A stretch of 48,298 nucleotides of DNA, taken from positions 1 to 48,298 of the forward strand of contig PUNF01000098.1 of NCBI GenBank assembly GCA_003552525.1, given 5' to 3'. Shown one piece after another: positions 9,057-17,994 of the stretch (position 1 is its first letter; each line of letters begins with the position of its first letter). The position numbers and the translations under genes are program-made. This DNA is from Clostridia bacterium. GTDB lineage: Bacteria > Bacillota > Sulfobacillia > SLMV01. A model generated the notes under the pieces. That model saw only the letters and a program-made list of their open reading frames with translations. It searched no databases and was not told the origin of the DNA.

Positions 9057-9953
9057 CTATTGCCCCCATACCTCCGCGTATTCGGGCTTGTGGATCTGAA
9101 CACGAGCCTCGGTCCGCAGCTCGTCGAGGATTTCCTGCCCGGGGCGTGCCTGGGTTTCCTTGAAGGCCTCGGCTACGCGCTCTTTTACCTCATCGAATTC
9201 CGCGGGACGGCCCTCCTGCCGATCCGTTACCTTGATGACGTGGAATCCGGCATAACTCTCGACGGGCTCGGAGATTTCACCCACGTCTGTCCCGAACGCA
9301 GCGTCTTCGAAGGAGGGGTCCATTTCGTTATAACCAAAAAACCCCAGGTCGCCGCCCTGCTCGGCACTCCCTGGATCCTGCGAATGCATGCGCGCGAGGT
9401 CCCCAAAGTCAGCGCCTTCATCGAGCAGGTCAATCATGTGCCAGGCGGAGGGTTCGTCGGGTACGAGAATGTGAGAAGCCCGCACTTCATCACGGTAATC
9501 AAATTGCTCGCGGTTGTCGGAGAAGTATTCGTACAGCCGCTCCTCGCTGGTGTCGATCTCCGCGAAGCGGATGTTATCGAGCGCGATGGAAATGGCGAGA
9601 TTATATCGGAAGCTTGCGTCATTCATGCCGTATTGGGCGAGGAATTGGGAGTAACCCAGCTCACCAAACTGTTCTAGGATATCATCGATTTCCGCATCGA
9701 TGTCTTCCTCGGTTGGAGCCAGCCCTTGTTCTTCGGCTGCCGACATGGCGATCTCGTAGATAATCATGGTACGTAGTGCTTCTTCCCCGTACATATTTTC
9801 GAGCTGCTGCGAAAACTCGGACTGGTCGATCTCCGTTCCCTGCACGGTCGCAACGGTTGTTGGAGGCCCACCTTGGCTGGCATACCACGCCACCGTGGAT
9901 CCGACCAGAGCAACCGCTATGACAACGGCGAGAATGAGCCGATGCTTCTTCAA
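9057..9953 (-). CDS. prsA: PrsA-like foldase (parvulin peptidyl-prolyl isomerase)
   Basis: VRASHILV, FGDLARMHSQD, GGDLGF, GFHVIKV; N-terminal hydrophobic anchor after the TTG at 9953. Confidence 0.9.
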   Translation of the reverse strand: MKKHRLILAVVIAVALVGSTVAWYASQGGPPTTVATVQGTEIDQSEFSQQLENMYGEEALRTMIIYEIAMSAAEEQGLAPTEEDIDAEIDDILEQFGELGYSQFLAQYGMNDASFRYNLAISIALDNIRFAEIDTSEERLYEYFSDNREQFDYRDEVRASHILVPDEPSAWHMIDLLDEGADFGDLARMHSQDPGSAEQGGDLGFFGYNEMDPSFEDAAFGTDVGEISEPVESYAGFHVIKVTDRQEGRPAEFDEVKERVAEAFKETQARPGQEILDELRTEARVQIHKPEYAEVWGQ

Positions 9954-10019
9954 TTGATTTCCCCCCAAGAAATGGTGGCCACATCGAACCGAATCGAGCG
10001 GACAACAAAGTGTACGCCC

Positions 10020-10048
10020 AGTGTACACGTAGGCCCCTTGGCCCACAA
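10020..10048 (-). promoter_or_regulatory. Candidate sigma-A promoter for prsA
   Basis: Minus strand TTGTGG-N17-TACACT. Confidence 0.4.
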
Positions 10049-10071
10049 GACGTTGCGCTTCCCAAAGCCCG

Positions 10072-10104
10072 TTGACAAGTGTATTCTTATATGGGAATAT
10101 ACTT
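10072..10104 (+). promoter_or_regulatory. TTGACA -35 element followed by an AT-rich palindrome, probable ArsR operator
   Basis: TTGACA at 10072-10077; AAGTGTATTC-ttatatgg-GAATATACTT inverted repeat at 10077-10104 just upstream of the ArsR gene. Confidence 0.7.
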
Positions 10105-10120
10105 ACCGGAGATGATGTAC

Positions 10121-10435
10121 ATGTACTCGCATCTAGAGAATAAAGCCAATTTGGCGCGCGCGGTTGCGAATCCAACCCGCATCGCGATCTTGGAATTGCT
10201 CCTTGCCCGAGGAGAGGTTTGCGTATGCGATATTGCCGTGGAGGTGGGTGTGTCTCAGCCATCTGCATCGAAACACTTGGGGCTATTGCGTAATCGTGGC
10301 CTTGTGCTGCACCGCAAGGATGGACTGCGCGTATTGTATCGATTGAGCGACAATTCTGTACGTATCTTGATAGAGACCCTGGGTGAGATCGCCGGTGATT
10401 TGAAGGCGCAAATGAGAGAGGTTGTTGATCGTTGA
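10121..10435 (+). CDS. ArsR/SmtB family repressor
   Basis: NPTRIAILELL, alpha3 GEVCVCDI, SQPSASKHLGLL, G..V.Y.L wing; start may be 10112 or 10115. Confidence 0.92.
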   Translation: MYSHLENKANLARAVANPTRIAILELLLARGEVCVCDIAVEVGVSQPSASKHLGLLRNRGLVLHRKDGLRVLYRLSDNSVRILIETLGEIAGDLKAQMREVVDR

Positions 10436-11643
10436 AGGACGTTTTCGAGCGCATATCGGCATACTGGCGTAATACCGAAGTACGGATCTTCCTGCTGATC
10501 GCCTCGGTTTTCTCCGTGGTATACTTTGCGCCGCTTGAGGATCCGCGGGTTTCGGCATCCATCCTGGAGGCTTTCTACATGCTCCAGTATTATGCCCGTG
10601 AGCACGTACTCTTCTGCCTGATTCCAGCATTCTTCGTTGCCGGTGCCATCGCCAACTTTGTCTCCCAAGGCGCCGTGATACGCTACTTCGGTTCGGATGC
10701 CCCCGCATGGCTATCCTACTCGGTAGCCTCGGTCTCCGGTGCGGTGCTGGCGGTGTGCTCCTGTACGGTACTGCCGTTGTTCTCTGGCATCTATAAGCGC
10801 GGTGCAGGCGTCGGTCCAGCGTGCGCTTTCCTCTATTCCGGACCGGCGATTAACGTGCTTGCGATTATATTGACCGCTCGCGTGCTGGGATGGCAACTCG
10901 GGTTGGCACGCGCGATTGCGGCAGTGGTTTTTGCCTTTGTTGTTGGTTTGACCATGTCCCTGTTGTACGGGCAGGACGATGCACAACGAACGGCCGATAT
11001 TCCACAGGATGCGTACGCGGAAGAAGAGGTGCGAGCGCCATGGCAAAACCTGGTGTTCTTCATTACCTTGATACTCATCCTCGTTTTTGCGGCCTGGAGT
11101 CGTCCCGACGCTGTCGGTGGGCTGTGGTATGTGATTTTCCAGTGGAAATGGTACTTCGTGGGTGCACTACTCGCGTTGTTGGCGTACACCTTGGTTAGAT
11201 GGTTCGCTCCAGAGGAAAGAATCTATTGGGTGGAGTCCACTTGGGACTTCACCAAGCAAATCTTACCGCTGCTTTTCGTGGGCGTGTTGATCGCCGGTTT
11301 GCTCATGGGGCGTCCGGAAACCGAAGCGGGGCTTATTCCGGCGAATTACGTTGCCGGTCTCGTGGGAGGGAATTCATTGACGGCGAACTTGGCGGCCTCC
11401 GTACTCGGTGCGTTCATGTATTTTGCGACTCTCACCGAGGTGCCGATTCTACAAGGACTCTTGGGGCTTGGAATGGGACCAGGCCCTGCTTTGGCACTAC
11501 TGCTCGCCGGACCGGCACTGAGCCTGCCGAACATGTTGGTCATCCGGAGCGTGATCGGTACACGCCGTACAGCAGTATTCGTCGCGTTGGTCGTAGCACT
11601 GGCGACGGTGAGCGGATTGATTTATGGAGCGATCGTCGCCTAG
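10432..11643 (+). CDS. DUF318/ArsP-like permease
   Basis: EHVLFCLIPAFF, LAVCSCTVLPLF, FLYSGPAIN, MYFATLTEVPI, LLLAGPALSLP; multiple TM segments. Confidence 0.88.
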   Translation: MKDVFERISAYWRNTEVRIFLLIASVFSVVYFAPLEDPRVSASILEAFYMLQYYAREHVLFCLIPAFFVAGAIANFVSQGAVIRYFGSDAPAWLSYSVASVSGAVLAVCSCTVLPLFSGIYKRGAGVGPACAFLYSGPAINVLAIILTARVLGWQLGLARAIAAVVFAFVVGLTMSLLYGQDDAQRTADIPQDAYAEEEVRAPWQNLVFFITLILILVFAAWSRPDAVGGLWYVIFQWKWYFVGALLALLAYTLVRWFAPEERIYWVESTWDFTKQILPLLFVGVLIAGLLMGRPETEAGLIPANYVAGLVGGNSLTANLAASVLGAFMYFATLTEVPILQGLLGLGMGPGPALALLLAGPALSLPNMLVIRSVIGTRRTAVFVALVVALATVSGLIYGAIVA

Positions 11644-11708
11644 CAACGAGCGTTGGGAATGGCGACCGAAAGAGAAGACCGTGATTGAGGAAAGAGGGGT
11701 TGTGAACG

Positions 11709-11948
11709 ATGGAAATCACGATTTTTGGACCGGGTTGTCCAAAGTGCAAGACGATGGAGAAGAATGCACAGCAGGCCGTGGAAGAACTCGGATTGGATGC
11801 GACGGTAACGAAGGTCGAAGACCTCGATGTCATGGCAGAGCACGGCGTGATGATTACGCCGGCTTTGGCGATTGACGGGGACCTGGTGATCTCGGGGCGC
11901 GTTGCAAGCCCCAACCAGATCACGAAGATGATCGAAGATCGCACGTAG
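11709..11948 (+). CDS. Small thioredoxin-like redox disulfide protein (MTH895 family)
   Basis: GPGCPKC, GVMITPALAIDG, 79 aa. Confidence 0.9.
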   Translation: MEITIFGPGCPKCKTMEKNAQQAVEELGLDATVTKVEDLDVMAEHGVMITPALAIDGDLVISGRVASPNQITKMIEDRT

Positions 11949-11958
11949 ACACGTCCGT

Positions 11959-11990
11959 CCCGGGGGCGAAGGGCGCCCCCGGGGTTCTTG
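11959..11990 (+). terminator. GC hairpin, probable terminator of the ArsR operon
   Basis: CCCGGGGGCG / CGCCCCCGGG followed by GTTCTTG. Confidence 0.65.
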
Positions 11991-12016
11991 ACACGCTTCT
12001 CGGCGCTTACGATACT
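11988..12016 (+). promoter_or_regulatory. Sigma-A promoter for pck
   Basis: TTGACA-N17-GATACT. Confidence 0.6.
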
Positions 12017-12069
12017 TGGGGGGACGTGAGTACTCCTATCGGTTTCGCGCATGAGAGGGGCGGGCGTGT

Positions 12070-13587
12070 ATGGAGTGTTTTTCCCGGGAGATGTCATTCC
12101 CCGATGTCCTAGAGAATCCAGATGATGATAGCCTTTACCGATTATGTTCCCACGAAGCACAGGAGACTGTATATGGTAGCACCTGTTTTGTTACCCGGGT
12201 ACGGAATCGAAGTGCCCGGGATACTTACGTGGTGGATTCGGTGGAGCTGGGACGGCGGCAGCAGCCGATCGCAGAGTCCCGGGCGCGCGAAATCGCTGTC
12301 CAGGTTCACGAATACCTCGACGGGGAACCGGTCGTTCGCGTGGATCGCCGCATGGGCAACGGTAATGCAATGGGAGCGCACTGCCGCCTGTTTGTCACCC
12401 AGCTTCATGCACGATTGGCTTACATGTGGAAGCGATCATTATTCCCCCCCGGGGATCATTCGAAGACCCCTGACTTCGTCAGCGTGTATGTTCCTGAGTG
12501 GCCCGAAAGATTGATATTCGTTCACCCCGATGCCGGGGTCACATATATCCTGGGCACGGATTATTTCGGTGAAGCCAAGAAGTCTTTCCTTCGCATGGCC
12601 ATGTACCGGGAGAAACTGCGGGGGCGGCTGGGTTTTCACGCCGCCAGTAAGATTATTCGCGTATCGGACGCGAACGGGGAAATCCGCGACAACGGTTTCC
12701 TGATATTTGGCTTGAGTGGTACCGGCAAGACCACGCTTACGACGCACAACCATGGGCTTGAGGGCGACGAGCGGGTGCTTGTGCGCCAGGATGATGTCGT
12801 GATCATGGAAGAGACGGGATACTGCGCGGGTACCGAAAATGGCTTTTTCATCAAGACGGATGGCCTCGGAAACGATAGGCCGGATGATCCCATCTACCTG
12901 GCGGCGCAGAGTGCCCGCGCGATCTTCGAGAATGTGACACTCGATGAAAGAGGAGTGCCCGAGTTCAGTGATACCAAACTAACGGCAAATGGACGCGCGA
13001 TCATCCCGCGCAATGCCTTCGCATGTACAGATGAAGATATCGATCTGCCTGCCGTGCAAAACCTCGTCTTCATCACACGTCGAAACGACATTCTCCCCCC
13101 CGTCGCCCGGCTGACGCCCGAACAGGCCGCAGCGTATTTCATGCTTGGGGAATCCGTTGAGACCTCAGCCGGTGATCCCTCCTCGATCGGTCAGGCCCGT
13201 CGCGAAGTCGGAACCAATCCATTTATCATTGGGCCCGAGGCTGAAGAGGGCAATCGCTTCTTGCGCTTTTTGCGGATCAATCCGTCGATCGATTGCTACC
13301 TACTAAATACCGGGGCAGTCGGTGACACGGTGAAAATTTCGGTCCAGGATTCGGCGAATATCCTTGAGCAGATCGCGCGTGGCACGATTCGATGGGTGAT
13401 CGACGATGACTGGGGTTATGAAGTGCCGGTCGGGATCCGCGGTATGGACCTAGACGCGATACGGCCACAGAACTACTATGAACCGGCCGACTATTCTCGT
13501 CGTGTGAACGCATTGCGCCGTGAACGACGCGATTGGTTGAGTGCTTTCTTAGGACTGAACCCCGCTGTTACTTGTCTATTCGAGTGA
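12070..13587 (+). CDS. pckA: Phosphoenolpyruvate carboxykinase (ATP)
   Basis: YFGEAKKS, GFHAASK, P-loop FGLSGTGKTT, QDD, TENGFFIKT, NGR, LLNTG; start may be 12091. Confidence 0.88.
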   Translation: MECFSREMSFPDVLENPDDDSLYRLCSHEAQETVYGSTCFVTRVRNRSARDTYVVDSVELGRRQQPIAESRAREIAVQVHEYLDGEPVVRVDRRMGNGNAMGAHCRLFVTQLHARLAYMWKRSLFPPGDHSKTPDFVSVYVPEWPERLIFVHPDAGVTYILGTDYFGEAKKSFLRMAMYREKLRGRLGFHAASKIIRVSDANGEIRDNGFLIFGLSGTGKTTLTTHNHGLEGDERVLVRQDDVVIMEETGYCAGTENGFFIKTDGLGNDRPDDPIYLAAQSARAIFENVTLDERGVPEFSDTKLTANGRAIIPRNAFACTDEDIDLPAVQNLVFITRRNDILPPVARLTPEQAAAYFMLGESVETSAGDPSSIGQARREVGTNPFIIGPEAEEGNRFLRFLRINPSIDCYLLNTGAVGDTVKISVQDSANILEQIARGTIRWVIDDDWGYEVPVGIRGMDLDAIRPQNYYEPADYSRRVNALRRERRDWLSAFLGLNPAVTCLFE

Positions 13588-13662
13588 TGTTGGGGTTGTA
13601 ACGAGACGAGAGGATCGGTGAATCGTCGAGTTCACCAGTGGACGCTTGAAGGGGGCTGTCTG

Positions 13663-14538
13663 ATGTCGAGGATTATCTATATGAACGGCGATCTGGTGCC
13701 AGAAGAAGAAGCGACTATCTCGGTCTTTGACCACGGGTTTTTGTATGGTGACGGTGTCTTTGAGGGGATTCGTGCCTACGATGGCCGCATCTTCAGATTG
13801 AAGGAGCATATCGATCGTTTGTACGAATCTGCTCACTGCATTATGCTGGATATTCCCCTCACGCCCGAGGAGATGGAGCAGGCCGTGATCGATACGGTCA
13901 ACGCGAATGAGCTGTCCGATGCGTATATCCGCCTCGTGGTCTCGCGCGGTAAGGGTGATCTGGGCCTCAATCCCAAGAACTGTCCCGGCTGCCAGATCGT
14001 GATTATCGCCGGCAAGATCACCATTTTCCCCGAGGAACGCTATACGGAAGGCATCGAAGCCGTGACGGTTCCGACACGTCGCAACGTGGTCGGTGCACTG
14101 GACCCGAGGATCAAGTCGTTGAATTATCTCAACAACATCCTGGCACACATCGAAGCGGCCCGCGCCGGCGCCCGCGAGGCGCTCCTGTTGAACTCGGAAG
14201 GTTACGTGACCGAGGGTGCTGCCGACAATATCTTCGTCTATCGCCGTGGGATCCTTTGGACACCTCCCGTCTACGTGGGCATCCTGGAGGGGATCACGCG
14301 TGAGGCGGTCATGCGGTTGGCTCGCGAGGAGGGGATTCCGGTCGAAGAAAGTCCGATTACCCGGCATGATGTCTATACGAGTGACGAGTGCTTCGTGACG
14401 GGGACTGCAGCCGAGATCATGCCGATTGTCGAGGTCGACGGGCGGAGCATCGGTACGGGTAAGCCGGGCCCGCTTACCCAACAGTTAACCAGGAGATACC
14501 GGGAACTGGTCGTCGAGGAGGGTGCGCCCCTGTCCTAG
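13663..14538 (+). CDS. ilvE: Branched-chain amino acid aminotransferase (PLP class IV)
   Basis: DHGFLYGDGVFEGIRAY, IKSLNY (PLP Lys), EGAADNIF, LEGITR, GTAAE. Confidence 0.95.
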   Translation: MSRIIYMNGDLVPEEEATISVFDHGFLYGDGVFEGIRAYDGRIFRLKEHIDRLYESAHCIMLDIPLTPEEMEQAVIDTVNANELSDAYIRLVVSRGKGDLGLNPKNCPGCQIVIIAGKITIFPEERYTEGIEAVTVPTRRNVVGALDPRIKSLNYLNNILAHIEAARAGAREALLLNSEGYVTEGAADNIFVYRRGILWTPPVYVGILEGITREAVMRLAREEGIPVEESPITRHDVYTSDECFVTGTAAEIMPIVEVDGRSIGTGKPGPLTQQLTRRYRELVVEEGAPLS

Positions 14539-14561
14539 GCGTTCGCAACCTCCTGTTCTCG

Positions 14562-14615
14562 AACGAAAATGAAGGGTTCGTCCGCTCGAAAGAGGCGGAT
14601 GAACCCTTTTTCGTT
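14562..14615. terminator. Bidirectional intrinsic terminator
   Basis: AAGGGTTCGTCCGC / GCGGATGAACCCTT stem flanked by A- and T-runs between convergent ilvE and kinase genes. Confidence 0.85.
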
Positions 14616-16005
14616 AAGGTGGCAGCACAATCGTGAACCGTGCCCCGCCCAGTAGTGTGGAATCGTCGACGGACACTTCACCGCCATGTGCCTTTACAAC
14701 CTGCTCGACGATCGACAGACCGATGCCCGATCCGCCGGATTGACGCTCGCGTGCCTTGTCGACCCGGTAGAATCGTTCGAAAACCCGTGCACGGTGAGCC
14801 GGGGGTACTCCTGGCCCGTTGTCCTCGACGGTTACCCGCATCCCGTTCCCGGTAGAATCGATGCGAACCTCAATACGTCCGTCTTCTCGTGTAACGTGCT
14901 TGATGGCGTTTTGCAACAGGTTTTCGATGGCCGTTCCCAGCCATTCGGGTTCCACTGGCCATCTTGCATCATCATGGATGTGAATGGGCACATTTGCGCT
15001 CTCGGGGAAGCGCTTGTGAACCCGGTTTATTGCGTCCCGAACGATCTGCGCGATACTCGTCGGTCGGCGGATGAATCCCGCGCGTAGTGTTTGTGAAGCA
15101 CTGAGCATCGTGAGACCATCTGCGAGCTGATCCAACCGGTCAATTTCGTGATCGATTCCTTCGAGAAATTCCCGGCGCAGGCTCGGATCCGCATCGGGAT
15201 CTTCGAGCAGTCCTTGCGTAAGAGCCCTCAGCGAAGCCAGGGGTGATCGAATCTCGTGCGAGGCGTTATCGACGAACATTCTCCGGATTCGATCCTCGTG
15301 TTCGAGGGATCGAACCAGGTGCTCGAATGCGCGGCCGAGATCGCCAACCTCATCGCTGCTTTGTGGGGCGCGGAAACTCCTGTCCCACCGACCGGCGGCG
15401 AGACGGTGGGCGGCTCGTGCCAGGTTGCGCAAGGGCGCCGTGAGATTGGAAGTAAGCACGTACGCGACAATCGCCGCCGCGATTGCTCCTGTTCCGGCGC
15501 CGTAGATCAGCAATCTCCGGGTATGCAAAATTTCCTCGTACACCGAATCCACGTTTGCGGAGACGAAGGTGGCGCCGATTATGGACTCGGAAGAAAAGAC
15601 TGGAACGGCGGCATACATCAGTGCTCCCTGGTGGCGGGGCAACATGCGCGTCGTCGAATCCCCTGCGAGTGCGCGTTGCGCGACCTCGTCCGCGATTACG
15701 CGGTCCTGCATTTCGCCGAATCCGTCGGCAAGGACTCTCCCGCTGCGATCTAGGTATAGCACCCGGGCACCCACGCCCGTAGTCATGTCTCGGCTTACCT
15801 GTCGCAACATGCTGCGTTCTGATGGATGGAAGATCCCCGACGCTTCATCGGCCGCGATATTTGCGGACATGAGAAGGGATGAAGCCTTCTCAGCTTCTAG
15901 GTTCTGCTGCATCCTAAGCAGGACGAAACTTCCCGCAAGGATGATCGCCACGAAAATGGCGGCGAAATACGCGAGAACAAGACGGGTGCGCAGTGATCGA
16001 AGCAT
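14614..16005 (-). CDS. Sensor histidine kinase (2 TM, HAMP, HisKA, HATPase)
   Basis: DEVGDLGRAF (HAMP), ASHEIRSPL (H box), NLLQNAIKH, DNGPG, FERFYRVDKAR, GSGIGL. Confidence 0.95.
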   Translation of the reverse strand: MLRSLRTRLVLAYFAAIFVAIILAGSFVLLRMQQNLEAEKASSLLMSANIAADEASGIFHPSERSMLRQVSRDMTTGVGARVLYLDRSGRVLADGFGEMQDRVIADEVAQRALAGDSTTRMLPRHQGALMYAAVPVFSSESIIGATFVSANVDSVYEEILHTRRLLIYGAGTGAIAAAIVAYVLTSNLTAPLRNLARAAHRLAAGRWDRSFRAPQSSDEVGDLGRAFEHLVRSLEHEDRIRRMFVDNASHEIRSPLASLRALTQGLLEDPDADPSLRREFLEGIDHEIDRLDQLADGLTMLSASQTLRAGFIRRPTSIAQIVRDAINRVHKRFPESANVPIHIHDDARWPVEPEWLGTAIENLLQNAIKHVTREDGRIEVRIDSTGNGMRVTVEDNGPGVPPAHRARVFERFYRVDKARERQSGGSGIGLSIVEQVVKAHGGEVSVDDSTLLGGARFTIVLPP

Positions 16006-16008
16006 GGG

Positions 16009-16716
16009 TTAGCCCTCCGGGTTGAACGTATATCCGACGCCCCAGCGTGTTACGATGAATACCGGCTTCGCGGGATTGTCTTCGATCTTCTTCCGGAGGC
16101 GCCCGACACAGACATCGACGGTTCGGGTATCATAGTGTTCCATTCCCCAGACAATCCGTAGCAGGTCTTCCCGCTCGAACACCCGACCCGGATGTAGTGC
16201 CATGAGGTGCAGCAGGTCAAACTCTTTTGCGGTCAATTCCGGCAAAGGGGCCCCGGATTTGGTTGCGATGCGAGCCTCGGGATCAATGGTCAGGACTCCG
16301 GCATTTATCCGGGCATCTTCTTCGTCGGTGCGCCGCTTCATCCGCCGCATCACCGCCTTCATGCGAGCCAAGAGCTCGCGGGTGTTGAACGGCTTAGTGA
16401 CATAATCGTCTGCCCCCATCTCCAATCCCACGATGCGATCGACGTCATCCCTCTTGGCGGTCAGCATGATGATGGGAATATCGCGGGTTTGCGGGCGCTG
16501 GCGAAGCTCGCGACAGATGCTAAGGCCATCCATGCCCGGTAACATCAGGTCAAGGATAATCATATCGGGCTTGGTCTGGAGGGCGAGGCGCAGGCCTTCT
16601 TCCCCATCGCGGGCAGAGGTAACCTGATATCCGTCACGCTCCATCGAGTGGGAAAGCCCTTTTACGATCCCCGGTTCATCTTCGACAAGCAAGACGCGCT
16701 CTTTCAGGCCGATCAC
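16009..16716 (-). CDS. OmpR/PhoB-family response regulator
   Basis: LLVEDE, LDLMLPG, GADDYVTKPF, winged-helix RTVDV...LRKKIE...RWGVGY. Confidence 0.95.
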   Translation of the reverse strand: MIGLKERVLLVEDEPGIVKGLSHSMERDGYQVTSARDGEEGLRLALQTKPDMIILDLMLPGMDGLSICRELRQRPQTRDIPIIMLTAKRDDVDRIVGLEMGADDYVTKPFNTRELLARMKAVMRRMKRRTDEEDARINAGVLTIDPEARIATKSGAPLPELTAKEFDLLHLMALHPGRVFEREDLLRIVWGMEHYDTRTVDVCVGRLRKKIEDNPAKPVFIVTRWGVGYTFNPEG

Positions 16717-16727
16717 CCCGTTTCTTA

Positions 16728-16768
16728 TGTCATACTCATGTTACAAGATACGGGCATGTTTCGTAACA
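16728..16768. promoter_or_regulatory. Candidate OmpR-family operator
   Basis: TGTCAT-N5-TGTTAC direct repeat (11-bp period) plus an inverted GTAACA at 16763-16768. Confidence 0.5.
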
Positions 16769-16842
16769 GTCGTGCGATATCCTCGCGGTGGATACGGGAG
16801 GTATCGATCCCGCAAAATGAAGAACCAACTGGAGGGATGGAC

Positions 16843-17673
16843 ATGTTGCGACACCAGGTAGTCTTATTTCTTTTGGTCATCATCTTCGCCGCAGCGGCGG
16901 GGATGGGCTGTGGTACCGACGCGGGGGCAGAACCGGGTCCTTCTGAGCCCGAAGTCCCTGCCGAACCATCGGTTCGACAGGAGGATATCGTGCTCTACCT
17001 ACCGGCTTCCGAAGGACGCTGGTTGGAAGAACACGAGGCAACGGTGGAAGTTCGCGGGGAAGCGCCGGGTGCAATCGTATTGGCGGAATGGGTTGATCGT
17101 GTCGATGCCTTACCCACCGGTGTGAAGGCGGAAGCAGACCTACAGCGGGATACCATGTACGTCAGCTTTAGTGATCAGATACGCGAGCTCTCGCTGGAGG
17201 CGGAGCCGATCGTGGTGAAATCCTTGGTACATACCATGTCGGCTTTAGAAGGCACCGAGAAGGTGCAAATCCTGATCGACGGCAAGCGCGTGGAAACACT
17301 GGCGGGAAATTCCTTCGTGGGAGAGCCGCTGACAAGAGACGACTCCGTTCTTGCAACGGAGGAATTTCGACCCATGGAGCCGGCGGATCCGAGGGAAGGC
17401 GAGCAGTTCATCTATGCAGAAATTGTCGAGGTAGGTGTAGCGGAGGGTTGGGTGCAAATCGAGCAACACATGGGGGATGCCAGGGATGAGGAGGTCGATC
17501 CCCGCATCGACCTGGCCGAAGAGGTCGTCATCCACCTGCAAATGGTAGATGCAGACGGGGATCTGAGTTATAGCATGCTCGCACCCGATGAGCTGCGGCA
17601 AGGTATGCTGGTTGGTATCATCCTAGATCCAGAGGGGAACGCTCGTGGCATGGTGGTGGAAGAAAACAATTGA
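16843..17673 (+). CDS. GerMN-domain lipoprotein with additional C-terminal domain
   Basis: Lipobox-like AGMGC; LYLP...; YVSFS; SLVHTM..LEG.EKVQILIDGK..ETLAG GerMN pattern; RBS GGAGG; start 16837 or 16843. Confidence 0.8.
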   Translation: MLRHQVVLFLLVIIFAAAAGMGCGTDAGAEPGPSEPEVPAEPSVRQEDIVLYLPASEGRWLEEHEATVEVRGEAPGAIVLAEWVDRVDALPTGVKAEADLQRDTMYVSFSDQIRELSLEAEPIVVKSLVHTMSALEGTEKVQILIDGKRVETLAGNSFVGEPLTRDDSVLATEEFRPMEPADPREGEQFIYAEIVEVGVAEGWVQIEQHMGDARDEEVDPRIDLAEEVVIHLQMVDADGDLSYSMLAPDELRQGMLVGIILDPEGNARGMVVEENN

Positions 17674-17725
17674 CTTCATTGGCCTGCACGGCCAGGGAAT
17701 GCCTACTCTACCATTGTCCTCGGAG

Positions 17726-17759
17726 TCAGTCGGGTCCAAATACCCTTGGACCCGGCTGA
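17726..17759 (+). terminator. Hairpin downstream of the GerMN gene
   Basis: TCAGTCGGGTCCAA / TTGGACCCGGCTGA; weak U-tract. Confidence 0.5.
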
Positions 17760-17994
17760 TGCTTCATGGGGATTTGATCGGGGGCCTGTCCGGGGACTCT
17801 TCTTCGAAACCCGCCCCGAAGAACCATGTGTGACCACGCGATGCCCGCGGCAATCAAACGTTGGCGTTTCGCAAACATACGCCGTAGGTGATAAATTGGA
17901 TTATGGGCGTGAAGCTCTCCCCGGAGAGTGGATCGCAAAAATCACGCGTTGTACCATCGCACGTAGCATATTGGATCAAAGGGGGTAATGTATT

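Noticed and set aside
9954-10562. 200-aa N-terminal extension of prsA in the ORF track
   Set aside because: It overlaps the ArsR gene on the other strand; the signal or anchor sequence and a plausible RBS point to the TTG at 9953.
17760-17994. Possible riboswitch before the aldo/keto reductase
   Set aside because: Small hairpins only; no conserved core of any riboswitch class I can recognise.
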